64,000 nt of DNA from an uncultured Bacillales bacterium. Its GTDB lineage: Bacteria; Bacillota_I; Bacilli_A; RF39; UBA660. Shown piece by piece: positions 49,000 to 58,390 of the stretch (position 1 is its first letter; every line of letters starts with the position of its first letter). The position numbers were made by a program, and so were the translations under genes. The stretch covers positions 40,648-104,647 of the forward strand of contig CANOBK010000006.1 of the NCBI GenBank assembly GCA_947564265.1, in the 5' to 3' direction. Under the pieces are notes generated by a model, which saw only the letters and a list, made by a program, of their open reading frames with translations, was not told the origin of the DNA and ran no database searches.

Positions 49000-49437
49000 C
49001 TAATGTTTTTGACTCCTAGATGGAGTTTGATTTTTTACTCTGGATTCCTGTATTATTTCACCAATACCATGGACTTTCTCCCATTCTATACCCTCTTCTC
49101 TTTTTAAAGAATATCCATTTACTTGTCCATATTGTGAAAGTTCCACTTGATGATCGTATAAATAAAGATACTGCCTATCTGTAATTTTCTTTGGTAAGTA
49201 ACAAATGACTAGTGATGCATCATCCTCTGTTTTGATTACCATATGACCTGCTTCTGCGATATCACATGGTGCCTTTTGATAATCCTCTTCTTCAAAATGA
49301 TAACCCAACATATAGATATCTGAAAATTCCTGTAAATATTTTGTATGACTTTCGCCTTGTTTTACTTGTCTTTCAAAAATTTCTTGAAGGATTTGCTCTT
49401 CATCTGGAATTACGATTAACTTTCCTCTATGATTCAT
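49000..49437 (-). CDS. Hypothetical protein
   Basis: 145-aa ORF, GGAGG SD, 4-bp overlap with the HD gene, 20 bp upstream of valS. Confidence 0.6.
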   Translation of the reverse strand: MNHRGKLIVIPDEEQILQEIFERQVKQGESHTKYLQEFSDIYMLGYHFEEEDYQKAPCDIAEAGHMVIKTEDDASLVICYLPKKITDRQYLYLYDHQVELSQYGQVNGYSLKREEGIEWEKVHGIGEIIQESRVKNQTPSRSQKH

Positions 49438-50186
49438 TCTTCTTCCTCCTTATGAATTCCTCGGTTAATCTTATCAAAACATATTTCTCTAATTTTTCTC
49501 CATAATTTCTCGCTATTAGTCATCACCTCTACTGTACTTAAATATAAATCAAAGTTATCAGTACTTACTAAGATATCATAACTTTCCTCAAAATTAATAT
49601 CAAACACAAAACTAAGCATTCCTAAGACATCATCACTTTTACTTTTAATATTTTTTCTATCAACTAGTGTAGATTGTTGAAATTGCTTCAAAACGTTTTC
49701 ACTAATCTCACTCGCGTCAAATATCATTTCATAATTTACAGCAAATTGCTTATAAATATCTACTTTATCCATATCACGAATCATTTTTGTGAATAATTGT
49801 TCTTTTTCCTTTAATTTTGGAATGTCTAACTTATTATGATAACGAATTGCCTTTTCAATAACAGAATCATATTTTTCTTCTTCTATGAAATCTCTAATAT
49901 GCCCCTCTTTAAATAAATAATTACAACTTTCATCTGCATGATCTATATTTCTATCAGAGAAAGATTCAAAAATTTTTAGTTGTTCAAATCTTCCAATATC
50001 ATGTAGAAGACCAATCACTTTCGCTAACACAATTTCCTCTTTCGATAAATTTAAACGGAAAGCAAGTTCTGCCATTAAATCTGAAACTGCATAACTATGA
50101 TGATATTTAAGTGAAATTTTCTCATTCTTTAAATCATAATTACTAATATATTGTTCAAAAGCTTCTTTGCATTTTTCAAAATCCAT
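49434..50186 (-). CDS. HD-domain phosphohydrolase
   Basis: KYHHSYAV, GLLHDIGRF, DHA, RYHN, RDMDKVD. Start moved to ATG at 50186 because the ORF-track extension runs through the T-box. Confidence 0.85.
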   Translation of the reverse strand: MDFEKCKEAFEQYISNYDLKNEKISLKYHHSYAVSDLMAELAFRLNLSKEEIVLAKVIGLLHDIGRFEQLKIFESFSDRNIDHADESCNYLFKEGHIRDFIEEEKYDSVIEKAIRYHNKLDIPKLKEKEQLFTKMIRDMDKVDIYKQFAVNYEMIFDASEISENVLKQFQQSTLVDRKNIKSKSDDVLGMLSFVFDINFEESYDILVSTDNFDLYLSTVEVMTNSEKLWRKIREICFDKINRGIHKEEEE

Positions 50187-50415
50187 AAAAAAACTCCTCC
50201 TTACTTTTATAAGGACGAGTAATTCCCGCGGTACCACCTTAGTTCATTCAAAATTGGAATGCGCTTCATTCGGTTTAACGTCTCACCTATACGGAACTTC
50301 CTACTATTATTTCAGAAATTCAACTCCATTGCTACCTATTTATTTTCCATTATCTATTTCCACCAACCATAGACTCTCTTGAAACTTTCAATAAATACCT
50401 CAACTTCAACGTTTT
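50187..50415 (-). promoter_or_regulatory. Valine T-box riboswitch
   Basis: Minus strand: AGAGAG and GGTGGAA stem-I elements, specifier GGTAGC with the GUA Val codon at 50334-50332, antiterminator AAGGTGGTACCGCG...CGTCC, terminator actcgtcctt/aaggaggagt plus U6. The UGGU bulge fits the A73 discriminator of tRNA-Val. Confidence 0.92.
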
Positions 50416-50424
50416 TCTTATTCG

Positions 50425-50453
50425 ATTATATATTAGTTTTTGGAAATTGTAAA
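50425..50453 (-). promoter_or_regulatory. Sigma-A promoter of the T-box leader
   Basis: TTTACA (50453-50448), 17 bp, TATAAT (50430-50425). Confidence 0.7.
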
Positions 50454-51157
50454 CATTTTTTCTTCTGTGAACGAGAAGCTGCAATGTTTTTCAACTCTTT
50501 TAATGGAAGTTCTTCTATTGGATGAAATTCTATTTTTGTAGCCCTTCTTAAAAAATCTTCTTTGAAACCCACTCCCGCTAAAAAATCATTCAACAACATA
50601 TAGCTTTGGTCTTCAAATTGGAGAAAGAAAGTTTCCATCTCTGTGACAACCCTCATCATTTCTGAAAGAAGTTGTTCCATCATATCTTTACTCTTTTTCT
50701 TCTCAAACTCGCAGAATGTAATCTTTCCTTGATATAGTTTTTGAATTCCAAAAACAGAAACATCCCCTAATTGAATTTGATGAGATCGATAAGCTGCTCT
50801 TAAGGACTTCAAATTTATATTTTCAAAATCAAAGTCTTTTTCATAAGGAAATTTACGAAAAGTAGTTAAATCAATAAACTCTTTCTCACTTTCACGAATC
50901 GGAAGTTCTGTTCCTATGAAAACACCTTTTCTCTTGATTTGTTCTAATTCAAAAAAATGGTTTCCTATCTCTAGAACTGCCACATTCTCTCTCTTTGGAT
51001 ATACTGACATTTTTGGACATTCAAAAAGTCCACTTAAGTGAATCATTTTTGTATCTACTAAATAAAATGCATTAGGATTTAAAAATAAATTTCTCATGTG
51101 ATCACTTCCAATGGTTTTATTATAAGAAGAAAGAGTTTCTGTGTCAATCTTTTTCAC
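50426..51157 (-). CDS. Hypothetical protein
   Basis: 243-aa ORF, GTG start; no recognisable motif. Confidence 0.55.
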   Translation of the reverse strand: MKKIDTETLSSYNKTIGSDHMRNLFLNPNAFYLVDTKMIHLSGLFECPKMSVYPKRENVAVLEIGNHFFELEQIKRKGVFIGTELPIRESEKEFIDLTTFRKFPYEKDFDFENINLKSLRAAYRSHQIQLGDVSVFGIQKLYQGKITFCEFEKKKSKDMMEQLLSEMMRVVTEMETFFLQFEDQSYMLLNDFLAGVGFKEDFLRRATKIEFHPIEELPLKELKNIAASRSQKKKCLQFPKTNI

Positions 51158-51177
51158 TTTTTCATATAGTATAACAG

Positions 51178-51414
51178 GTGAAGTCTATGTTTCAAAAGAA
51201 AAAGCCTGGACAACATGGATTCTTCTGTTGTTGTCAAGGATGTAAAACAAAAAGAAAGACAAGTTTGTTTTATATGGGATTTCTTCTAGCTTTCTTAATT
51301 ATTCTAATCTATCAATGTATTTTTACTATCTTTATTGTTACTAGATTTAATGCATTTCTTTGCTTTTTATTTCTAATGGTCGTTTTAATTGGATTTGTTC
51401 GGATTATATTTTAA
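51178..51414 (+). CDS. Putative small Cys-rich membrane protein
   Basis: AGGTGA SD before ATG at 51187; CCCQGC followed by two hydrophobic helices; fills an otherwise empty gap. Confidence 0.4.
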   Translation: MKSMFQKKKPGQHGFFCCCQGCKTKRKTSLFYMGFLLAFLIILIYQCIFTIFIVTRFNAFLCFLFLMVVLIGFVRIIF

Positions 51415-51421
51415 AGGACAC

Positions 51422-52312
51422 CTAGGCAGCAGATGGCTCCTTGCGAGGTGTCCCTAATTTCCACTCTTCTAATTGATTATGATATTCAACTATCGAATGT
51501 ACCAGTTGAACGTTTTGAATCTCACTATCCCCAAATTCTATCTTTTCTGGTAAATGAATCAAGGCAAGAAAAAGAGAAAGTTCTTCTTTTCTTAATAAGT
51601 ATTTCGATTGATAAATTTCTAAAAAATCCCGTAGTGTTGTTTCTTTCCAATTATTTCGATAAAAATTTTCTAAATCATACACGGGCAAATTGATTCTCGC
51701 ACGATCCCAACTAATCAGATATAAGTTTTGATTTTCTAGAAAATGTTCTTGTTTTAGATTTCCATGCGTCATTACATACCGCATTTTTTTATTGTCTTTC
51801 ATATGTTGATACCATTTTTCTATTTGAAGTTTACTTTCCGTTAGATGAAAATAAATTAAAGAAAGATTACGAATCAGTAAATAATGACTAGGAGACATAT
51901 ATTTTTCTGTTTCAATCATATCTTGTAAATTGTGATAGTATTGAATTAAATAATCCTGTCTCGTACGAATTGTTTCAAAAATTTCTTTTATTTTATTTAA
52001 TTCTACTGTTTTATAAAAAGTCGTTTTGGTATGTAAAATACTAAGTAAATAAATGAAATCTTCTACCCGTTGCTCTTTGGGTACTGGATAATCATCCACA
52101 TAACGATAAATTAAATATTCATCTCCACGACTAGTAATAGGAGGAGAGATATTTTGAAAGTTTCTCGTCAGTAAATACTCATAAATTGTATGATTATCTC
52201 CCTTTTTTAAGACGTATCTCTCATTTTCTGTCGTAATAATATCGACTTGATTTTTTTTCTGATAACCCTTTGGAAATATCTGATATTTTTCTAAGAATTC
52301 TTTTTTATTCAT
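51422..52312 (-). CDS. YsxE/CotS-like spore-coat kinase-fold protein
   Basis: YVLKK, LSILHTKT, VMTHGNL, YLISWDRA, YDLENF (degenerate APH/choline-kinase fold); directly after a spoVID-like gene. Confidence 0.7.
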   Translation of the reverse strand: MNKKEFLEKYQIFPKGYQKKNQVDIITTENERYVLKKGDNHTIYEYLLTRNFQNISPPITSRGDEYLIYRYVDDYPVPKEQRVEDFIYLLSILHTKTTFYKTVELNKIKEIFETIRTRQDYLIQYYHNLQDMIETEKYMSPSHYLLIRNLSLIYFHLTESKLQIEKWYQHMKDNKKMRYVMTHGNLKQEHFLENQNLYLISWDRARINLPVYDLENFYRNNWKETTLRDFLEIYQSKYLLRKEELSLFLALIHLPEKIEFGDSEIQNVQLVHSIVEYHNQLEEWKLGTPRKEPSAA

Positions 52313-53120
52313 GAGAACATGGAATGATAATCTTACTTCCTGCTTTGATTCCTGTTAAATCATTATAAGAAGAAAGAGCTTCCCTAGTCGTTTGGTATTT
52401 TTCAATGATTGATTCTACTGTATCTTGTTCACGAACTATATATACGTAGTAAGTAACAAAGGTTTCCTCTTGATTGATAGATGAGAAGATGGAAGAAACG
52501 CTATTCGAAGTTTTTGTATCTACCGTTTCTGTTACTTCTGTTTGAGTGGTTGTCACGGTAGTTTCTGTCAAATTGGGATTACTTCCTTTTGGATTCATCT
52601 CATCTAATAATTCAATTTTTTTAGGAACTTGTTCTAATTCTAAGAATTCACCCTCCTCTTGATGATCTACAGCTTCTGTCTCTTCTTTTTCTTCACGAAC
52701 TTCTTCTTCCCTATTTTCTTCTACTTCTTCTTGGAAGGAGTCAATTTCTTCTACTCTTGCCTCTTCCAAAAAATCTTCTTCCTCTTCTTTTTGTTTTTCT
52801 TCTACTTGGGTAATTTCTAATTCTACATTGACTTTTAAATCTTCTTCGTTAATGATTTCAAAGTAAAAATCATGAATCCCAATATCTGCTGATTGAATAT
52901 CATATTTATCATCGACTTCTATCGTGAATGGCAATGTATAATGAAATTCTTCTTCTAGTTGACTTGCCTCTGTCATTTTATAAGTACCATCGACTAAAAT
53001 ATCCCCTTCAATGGTTTGATCATCGGTTGCCTTTAACGTATGTTTAATTTCAATATCCGTAACTTCTGCTATCATCGTTTTAAAATGTACTGTTTTGCTA
53101 AAAGGTATTACCTTTTTCAT
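52305..53120 (-). CDS. SpoVID-like morphogenetic protein (N-terminal SPOCS-like domain, acidic linker, C-terminal LysM)
   Basis: IEGDILVDGTY..FHYTLPFTIEV..DFYFEI; Glu-rich middle; YYVYIVREQDTVESIIEKY..GSKIIIP. Confidence 0.7.
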   Translation of the reverse strand: MKKVIPFSKTVHFKTMIAEVTDIEIKHTLKATDDQTIEGDILVDGTYKMTEASQLEEEFHYTLPFTIEVDDKYDIQSADIGIHDFYFEIINEEDLKVNVELEITQVEEKQKEEEEDFLEEARVEEIDSFQEEVEENREEEVREEKEETEAVDHQEEGEFLELEQVPKKIELLDEMNPKGSNPNLTETTVTTTQTEVTETVDTKTSNSVSSIFSSINQEETFVTYYVYIVREQDTVESIIEKYQTTREALSSYNDLTGIKAGSKIIIPCSHE

Positions 53121-53175
53121 AAAATCCCTCTTTTCTATTTCAATATATGACGAAAAAAAAGAAAAAGACGTAAAT

Positions 53176-53991
53176 TTATCCTTTTCTTTTTCTTTTTGGA
53201 GAAGAGGTTTCTACTTGTGGATAGACGGTTTCTTCTGAATTTTCTAATTTCTCTAACTTTTTTTGAAGTGCTTTTGCCTTTTTTTGAAGTCTTCTTTCCA
53301 TTCCTGTTTTTGGATTTTCCAAAACTTCTAGAAACCTTTTTGCAACTGCTAAAACATGCTCTCCGCTTTGTACTTTATAAAAGTTATCCTCTATAAAAAT
53401 CTCTTTTGTTTCCTGTTCTTTAAATATTTCTGGATGCTCGTTCATTAACCAAGCAGTAGTTAATAAAATATCGAATGGTTTAAAATGACGGGGATCAACT
53501 TTTACTACATCGAGTAATATAATTACATTGTAATAATCACTCGCATTCAATGCTAGTATCACTTTGCTACTTTGGAACCACTGTGGTAGATCTCTTTTTC
53601 TTATTTGTTCACTCACCCATTCTCTTTGTAATCTATATTTGATAGTTTGAGGAAGTGCGTCATACTCATTAAAATATCCCTGTAAGGAATTACATAAAGA
53701 GAAAATTTCTGGACTATTACTATAATCAAATTTCTTACTTCTAAGAACATTTCTTGCTTTTTCAAAAATTTTTGGATCAGAAGCTAAGAATTTTTCTTTG
53801 CTTACAACGTTTTCCAAACAAGTTAGCCAAGATAAGAATTCATATTTTGTATCTAAGGCATTCAGTATTTCCTCTTCAGAGCATTGAATTAGTTGACGTT
53901 TAATCCAACAACAACCTAATATTTCTTGGATCATTTTTCTTTCCTCTTTTCTTTTTAAATAGAATCTTATGAATATCAAGATAACGATCAA
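53176..53991 (-). CDS. Hypothetical protein
   Basis: 271-aa ORF overlapping the lon 3' end; the likely start is the downstream MIQEIL. Confidence 0.55.
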   Translation of the reverse strand: MIVILIFIRFYLKRKEERKMIQEILGCCWIKRQLIQCSEEEILNALDTKYEFLSWLTCLENVVSKEKFLASDPKIFEKARNVLRSKKFDYSNSPEIFSLCNSLQGYFNEYDALPQTIKYRLQREWVSEQIRKRDLPQWFQSSKVILALNASDYYNVIILLDVVKVDPRHFKPFDILLTTAWLMNEHPEIFKEQETKEIFIEDNFYKVQSGEHVLAVAKRFLEVLENPKTGMERRLQKKAKALQKKLEKLENSEETVYPQVETSSPKRKRKG

Positions 53992-56263
53992 CCAAAACGA
54001 AATGAATCTCTTCTTTGATTTCTTCTGGAATCTCTTCTAAATCTTTTTCGTTCGCTCTTGGGATAAAGATGGTTTGAACGGCATTCCGATGCGCTCCAAT
54101 TACTTTTTCTTTTAATCCTCCAATTGGAAGAATTTTTCCACGTAAGGTCATCTCTCCTGTCATCGCAATATTAGTTGGAATTGGATGATTGGTAAGTAGC
54201 GATAATAATGTTGTCGTAAGAGATACCCCCGCACTTGGCCCATCTTTTGGAATCGCTCCTTCTGGCACATGGATATGAATATCATTTTTTTCAATTTTCT
54301 CATAATCGATATGATATTTCTCAAAGTTAGATTTTAAGTAATCAAACGATAATTGAGCGGACTCTTTCATGACATCCCCTAATTGTCCCGTCATAATAAT
54401 ATTCCCACTTCCTGGAAACATCACTGCTTCAATTGGTAAGATATCTCCTCCAAACGGAGTATAAGCAAGTCCATTAACAATCCCGATTCGTTCGATAATA
54501 TCATTTTCATTGAGTAGATATTTTTTCTTTCCTAGATATTTTTCTATATTATAATCCGTAATTTGATAGTCTTCTTTCTTCTTATCTAGAATTTTTTGTT
54601 TGACAATTTTTCGCAAGATACTTGCTAGATTTCTCCCTAAATCACGAACCCCTGCCTCTTTTGTATAGTGTCGAATGATCGTTAGGATTACTTCATCACT
54701 GAACTCGACATTTTTAGTTTTTAATCCATGTTCTTTAATCTCTCTTGGGATTAAATAATTTTTCGCAATATCTAGTTTTTCATATTCTGTATAAGAAGAT
54801 AATTCGATGATTTCTAATCGATCTCTCAGTTCTGGTGGAATCTGATCAAAATAGTTTGCGGTCGTAATGAACATAACCTTACTAAGATCAAATTCTTCTT
54901 CAATGTAGTGATCTGAGAATGTCTTGTTTTGTTCTGGGTCTAGAATCTCTAATAAAGCACTCGCAGGATCTCCTTTAATGTCTTTGGTCATTTTATCAAT
55001 TTCATCGATAATAAACACAGGATTCGTACTTCCTGCTTTTTTCATTCCTTGAATGACTAATCCAGGTGCTGCCCCTACATAGGTTCTTCTGTGTCCCACA
55101 ATTTCTGCTTCATCGTTAATTCCTCCAACAGAAATCTTGGTACATTTTCGATTTAAACTCTCGGCAATACTCTTTGCCAAAGAAGTTTTTCCAACACCAG
55201 GAGGGCCTACTAAACAGATAATCGGACTTTTTAAATCCTTGGTATTTTGTTTTACGGCGAGGTATTCAATAATTCTCTCTTTTACGACATCTAACCCATA
55301 ATGAGAATCATCTAAAACATCTTTTACTTTTCTTAAGTCTTTGTTATCTACCGTATAATGTTTCCAAGGTAAATCCAGTAACCAATCGATATAGTTTCTG
55401 ATAATTCCTACTTCTGGAGAATTGGGATTACTTGTCTCATAACGATTAATTTCTAATAATAATCTACTTTTAACTTTCTCAGGACAATTTAATTTTTTTG
55501 TTTTTTCCCGTAATTTTTCAATATCACTATCCTTGTCATTAATATCTCCCAGTTCTTCTTTAATAACCCGAATCTTTTCTCTTAAGACATATTCTCTTTG
55601 AGATTCTTCAATATCATGAGATAGCTTTTCATCGATTTTCCGTTCAATTTCTAAAATATGAATATCGTCTCTGATATCTTCCATAATCATCATACTACGC
55701 TCAATGACATCAGTAGTTGAAACATAAGAAAGTTGTCTACTATAAGAAAGCGGAAGAGAGGTAACAATTAAATCGGTCATAGAATCTAAATTATTGACAC
55801 CAACCAAACGTTCTAAAATGTTATTGGTATAATCGGTCGTATCTACATAGGATTCTAAAAGATTCATCATCTTTCTCGTATAAGCAAGTTCTACTTTGGA
55901 ATTCGGTACAATCACATCAATTTCATCAATTTCTGCTCGTAAAATATGATCCTCTTCTAGATACGAAGTAACCTGAACTCTTCGTACTCCATAAACCGAA
56001 ATCCTAGTTTTTCCATTTGGCATATCGATTCTCATACGTACCTGACCAACAACTGCAATAGTAGGAAGTGCTGATAAAGAGATTTCTTCTAAGGGTAAGG
56101 TGGGATTCACTACGAGTATCTGACTGTTAAAACATCCTTCTGAAATAGAAATTAACTGTTTTTCTTCTAGACTATCAAACTCTAGTCGTATCTCACTCGA
56201 TGGAAAAAGAACCATATTATGAAGTAATAAGACCGGTAATTTTTTTAAATCCATGGCTCTCAC
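53900..56263 (-). CDS. lon: ATP-dependent Lon protease
   Basis: LON N-terminal domain, Walker A GPPGVGKTS, IDEIDK, catalytic PKDGPSAG and PIGGLKEK. Start is GTG at 56263 or ATG at 56254. Confidence 0.97.
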   Translation of the reverse strand: MRAMDLKKLPVLLLHNMVLFPSSEIRLEFDSLEEKQLISISEGCFNSQILVVNPTLPLEEISLSALPTIAVVGQVRMRIDMPNGKTRISVYGVRRVQVTSYLEEDHILRAEIDEIDVIVPNSKVELAYTRKMMNLLESYVDTTDYTNNILERLVGVNNLDSMTDLIVTSLPLSYSRQLSYVSTTDVIERSMMIMEDIRDDIHILEIERKIDEKLSHDIEESQREYVLREKIRVIKEELGDINDKDSDIEKLREKTKKLNCPEKVKSRLLLEINRYETSNPNSPEVGIIRNYIDWLLDLPWKHYTVDNKDLRKVKDVLDDSHYGLDVVKERIIEYLAVKQNTKDLKSPIICLVGPPGVGKTSLAKSIAESLNRKCTKISVGGINDEAEIVGHRRTYVGAAPGLVIQGMKKAGSTNPVFIIDEIDKMTKDIKGDPASALLEILDPEQNKTFSDHYIEEEFDLSKVMFITTANYFDQIPPELRDRLEIIELSSYTEYEKLDIAKNYLIPREIKEHGLKTKNVEFSDEVILTIIRHYTKEAGVRDLGRNLASILRKIVKQKILDKKKEDYQITDYNIEKYLGKKKYLLNENDIIERIGIVNGLAYTPFGGDILPIEAVMFPGSGNIIMTGQLGDVMKESAQLSFDYLKSNFEKYHIDYEKIEKNDIHIHVPEGAIPKDGPSAGVSLTTTLLSLLTNHPIPTNIAMTGEMTLRGKILPIGGLKEKVIGAHRNAVQTIFIPRANEKDLEEIPEEIKEEIHFVLVDRYLDIHKILFKKKRGKKNDPRNIRLLLD

Positions 56264-56380
56264 ATCCCTTAAAAAATTCTGATTCTTATTATAACATTTT
56301 CATACAAAAAAACAACTTATTTATACATTTTTTTACAAATAAAATCATGGTAATTTTTGGTTCAAAAAGAAAAGAGGATT

Positions 56381-57655
56381 TTATTTATTTTCCTCTTTTA
56401 AAACGTCCATGGCCTTTCTCATTTCAAGGTCATATTGAATCATTTCCTTACCACCGAATTGTTTGATGAATTCTTCTTCTGTCATACCATATTTCTCTGA
56501 AAGTTCTTTTACTTCTTTCTCTACTTCTTTATCGGTAACTTTAATCTTTTCTAGTTTAATAATTTCTTCTAACATCAAACGATATAAAACATGTTGATAA
56601 GCTTCTTTTTCCATTTGATTTCTTAATGCTTTTTCATCACTATTTGTAAATTGATAGTACATGTCTAAGTTTAATCCTTGCATTTGAATTTGATGTTCAA
56701 ATCGATGAATCATATGATCAATTTCATCTTCTACCATTTCTTCTGGAATATCAACTTCTACATTTTTAGAAACTTCTTCTAGTAACTTATCTAGATGTTC
56801 ATTCTCTGCTTCCATTTCTTTATTTGCTTGAATTGATGTCTTTATTTCTTTTTCTAGTTTTTCTTTGGTATCGACACCTTCCATACCTAAGTCTTCAAAG
56901 AATTCACTATCTAGTTCTCTTGCTTTCTTTTCTTTGATTTCATTAACTTTTACTTTGAAGATTACTTCTTGTCCTTTTAGTTCTTCTGATGCATAGTCTT
57001 CTGGGAAAGTTACATGTAAATCTTTTTCTTCTCCTGTTTTCATTCCAACTACTTGTTCTTCAAAACCAGGAATAAAGGTATTACTTCCAATTTCTAAGGA
57101 ATAATTTTCTCCTTTTCCTCCATCGAAAGCCACACCATCTTTGAATCCTTCAAAGTCAATTACTGCCACATTTCCGACTTCTACTTTTCCTTTTTCTTTC
57201 GTTACTAATTCTGTATATCTTTCAAGAATATGAGACATTTCATGCTCAATTTCTTCTTTTGTTACTTTTACGGCTGGTTTCTTAACACTTAATCCTTTAT
57301 ATTTTTTTACAGTTACTTCTGGAGCAGTAATAATTGTAAATAGGAATTCTACACCCTTTTCATCAATTGATTTAATATCTACTCTTGGTTGAACAACTGG
57401 GATTAATTCTTTGTTTTCTTCCATTACTTTTTTAAATGCAGTTTGAAGTAATGATTCTGCTGCATCAAAATACAAAGATTCTTTTCCAAATTTCTTTTCA
57501 AAAATATTTCTAGGGCATTTTCCTTTTCTAAAACCATCCACTGTTACAGTTTTTACCTTTTTCTGGAATGTTTTCTCTAAGGCATCTTCCCATTCTTTTC
57601 CTTCAATTTTTATAATAATTTCTTTACGGTTTTCACCTTTTTTACTTTTCGCCAT
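56381..57655 (-). CDS. tig: Trigger factor
   Basis: GFRKGK ribosome-binding loop; FKBP domain IDFEGFKDG..LEIGSNTFIPGFEEQ. Confidence 0.97.
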   Translation of the reverse strand: MAKSKKGENRKEIIIKIEGKEWEDALEKTFQKKVKTVTVDGFRKGKCPRNIFEKKFGKESLYFDAAESLLQTAFKKVMEENKELIPVVQPRVDIKSIDEKGVEFLFTIITAPEVTVKKYKGLSVKKPAVKVTKEEIEHEMSHILERYTELVTKEKGKVEVGNVAVIDFEGFKDGVAFDGGKGENYSLEIGSNTFIPGFEEQVVGMKTGEEKDLHVTFPEDYASEELKGQEVIFKVKVNEIKEKKARELDSEFFEDLGMEGVDTKEKLEKEIKTSIQANKEMEAENEHLDKLLEEVSKNVEVDIPEEMVEDEIDHMIHRFEHQIQMQGLNLDMYYQFTNSDEKALRNQMEKEAYQHVLYRLMLEEIIKLEKIKVTDKEVEKEVKELSEKYGMTEEEFIKQFGGKEMIQYDLEMRKAMDVLKEENK

Positions 57656-57750
57656 TTTTTTTCCTCCAATACGCTTTATATTATAACGAAATTCTTCTAT
57701 AGTTGCAAGAATTTCAAGAGATTTCTGTTAAGAACCTGTCTAAAGTTATC

Positions 57751-57780
57751 AAAAAAAGAAAATATCCAATCGATATTTTC
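57751..57780 (-). terminator. Terminator after greA
   Basis: gaaaatatc-caatc-gatattttc with an adjacent A run (U-tract on the minus strand). Confidence 0.65.
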
Positions 57781-58259
57781 TATTTGATTTCTGTAATTTC
57801 AATTTTATAAGATCCATTTGGACTTTCTACTGTAATTACATCTCCAACTTTATGATTCATAATTGCTTTGGCAATTGGTGATTCATTCGAAATTTTTCCT
57901 ACAAATGGGTCTGCTTCTTGAACCCCAACAATTTTGTACTCATCACCATCATCATCGTCGTCTTCATCCACATATTTGATCGCTACAGTACTTCCGATTC
58001 CAACTTTTCCATTAGAAACTTCTTCTATAATCTCGTAATTTTCAAGCATTGCTTCGATTTTTTTGATTCTTCCTTCTAAGATTGCTTGCTCGTTACGAGC
58101 TGCATCATAATCTGCATTTTCACTTAAATCACCTAAAGCACGAGCCTCTTTAATTGCTTGAATATTCGCTGGACGTTTTACATTAATTAATTCATCTAAT
58201 TCCTTCTTTAAGTCTTCTAATCCTTCTTGTGTTAGATAAATGGGTTTCTTCCCGCTCAT
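57780..58259 (-). CDS. greA: Transcription elongation factor GreA
   Basis: ARALGDLSENADYDAAR, KISNESPIAKA. Confidence 0.97.
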   Translation of the reverse strand: MSGKKPIYLTQEGLEDLKKELDELINVKRPANIQAIKEARALGDLSENADYDAARNEQAILEGRIKKIEAMLENYEIIEEVSNGKVGIGSTVAIKYVDEDDDDDGDEYKIVGVQEADPFVGKISNESPIAKAIMNHKVGDVITVESPNGSYKIEITEIK

Positions 58260-58390
58260 AATATCACCTCTTTTAAAATCTTTCTACATTTTATCATATT
58301 TTAGATTGAATGTCAATCATTTTTGGTTAACACATTTATTTTTTTTAGATACCCTATATTAAGATATGATTTTTTCTAAAAAACGTATCC

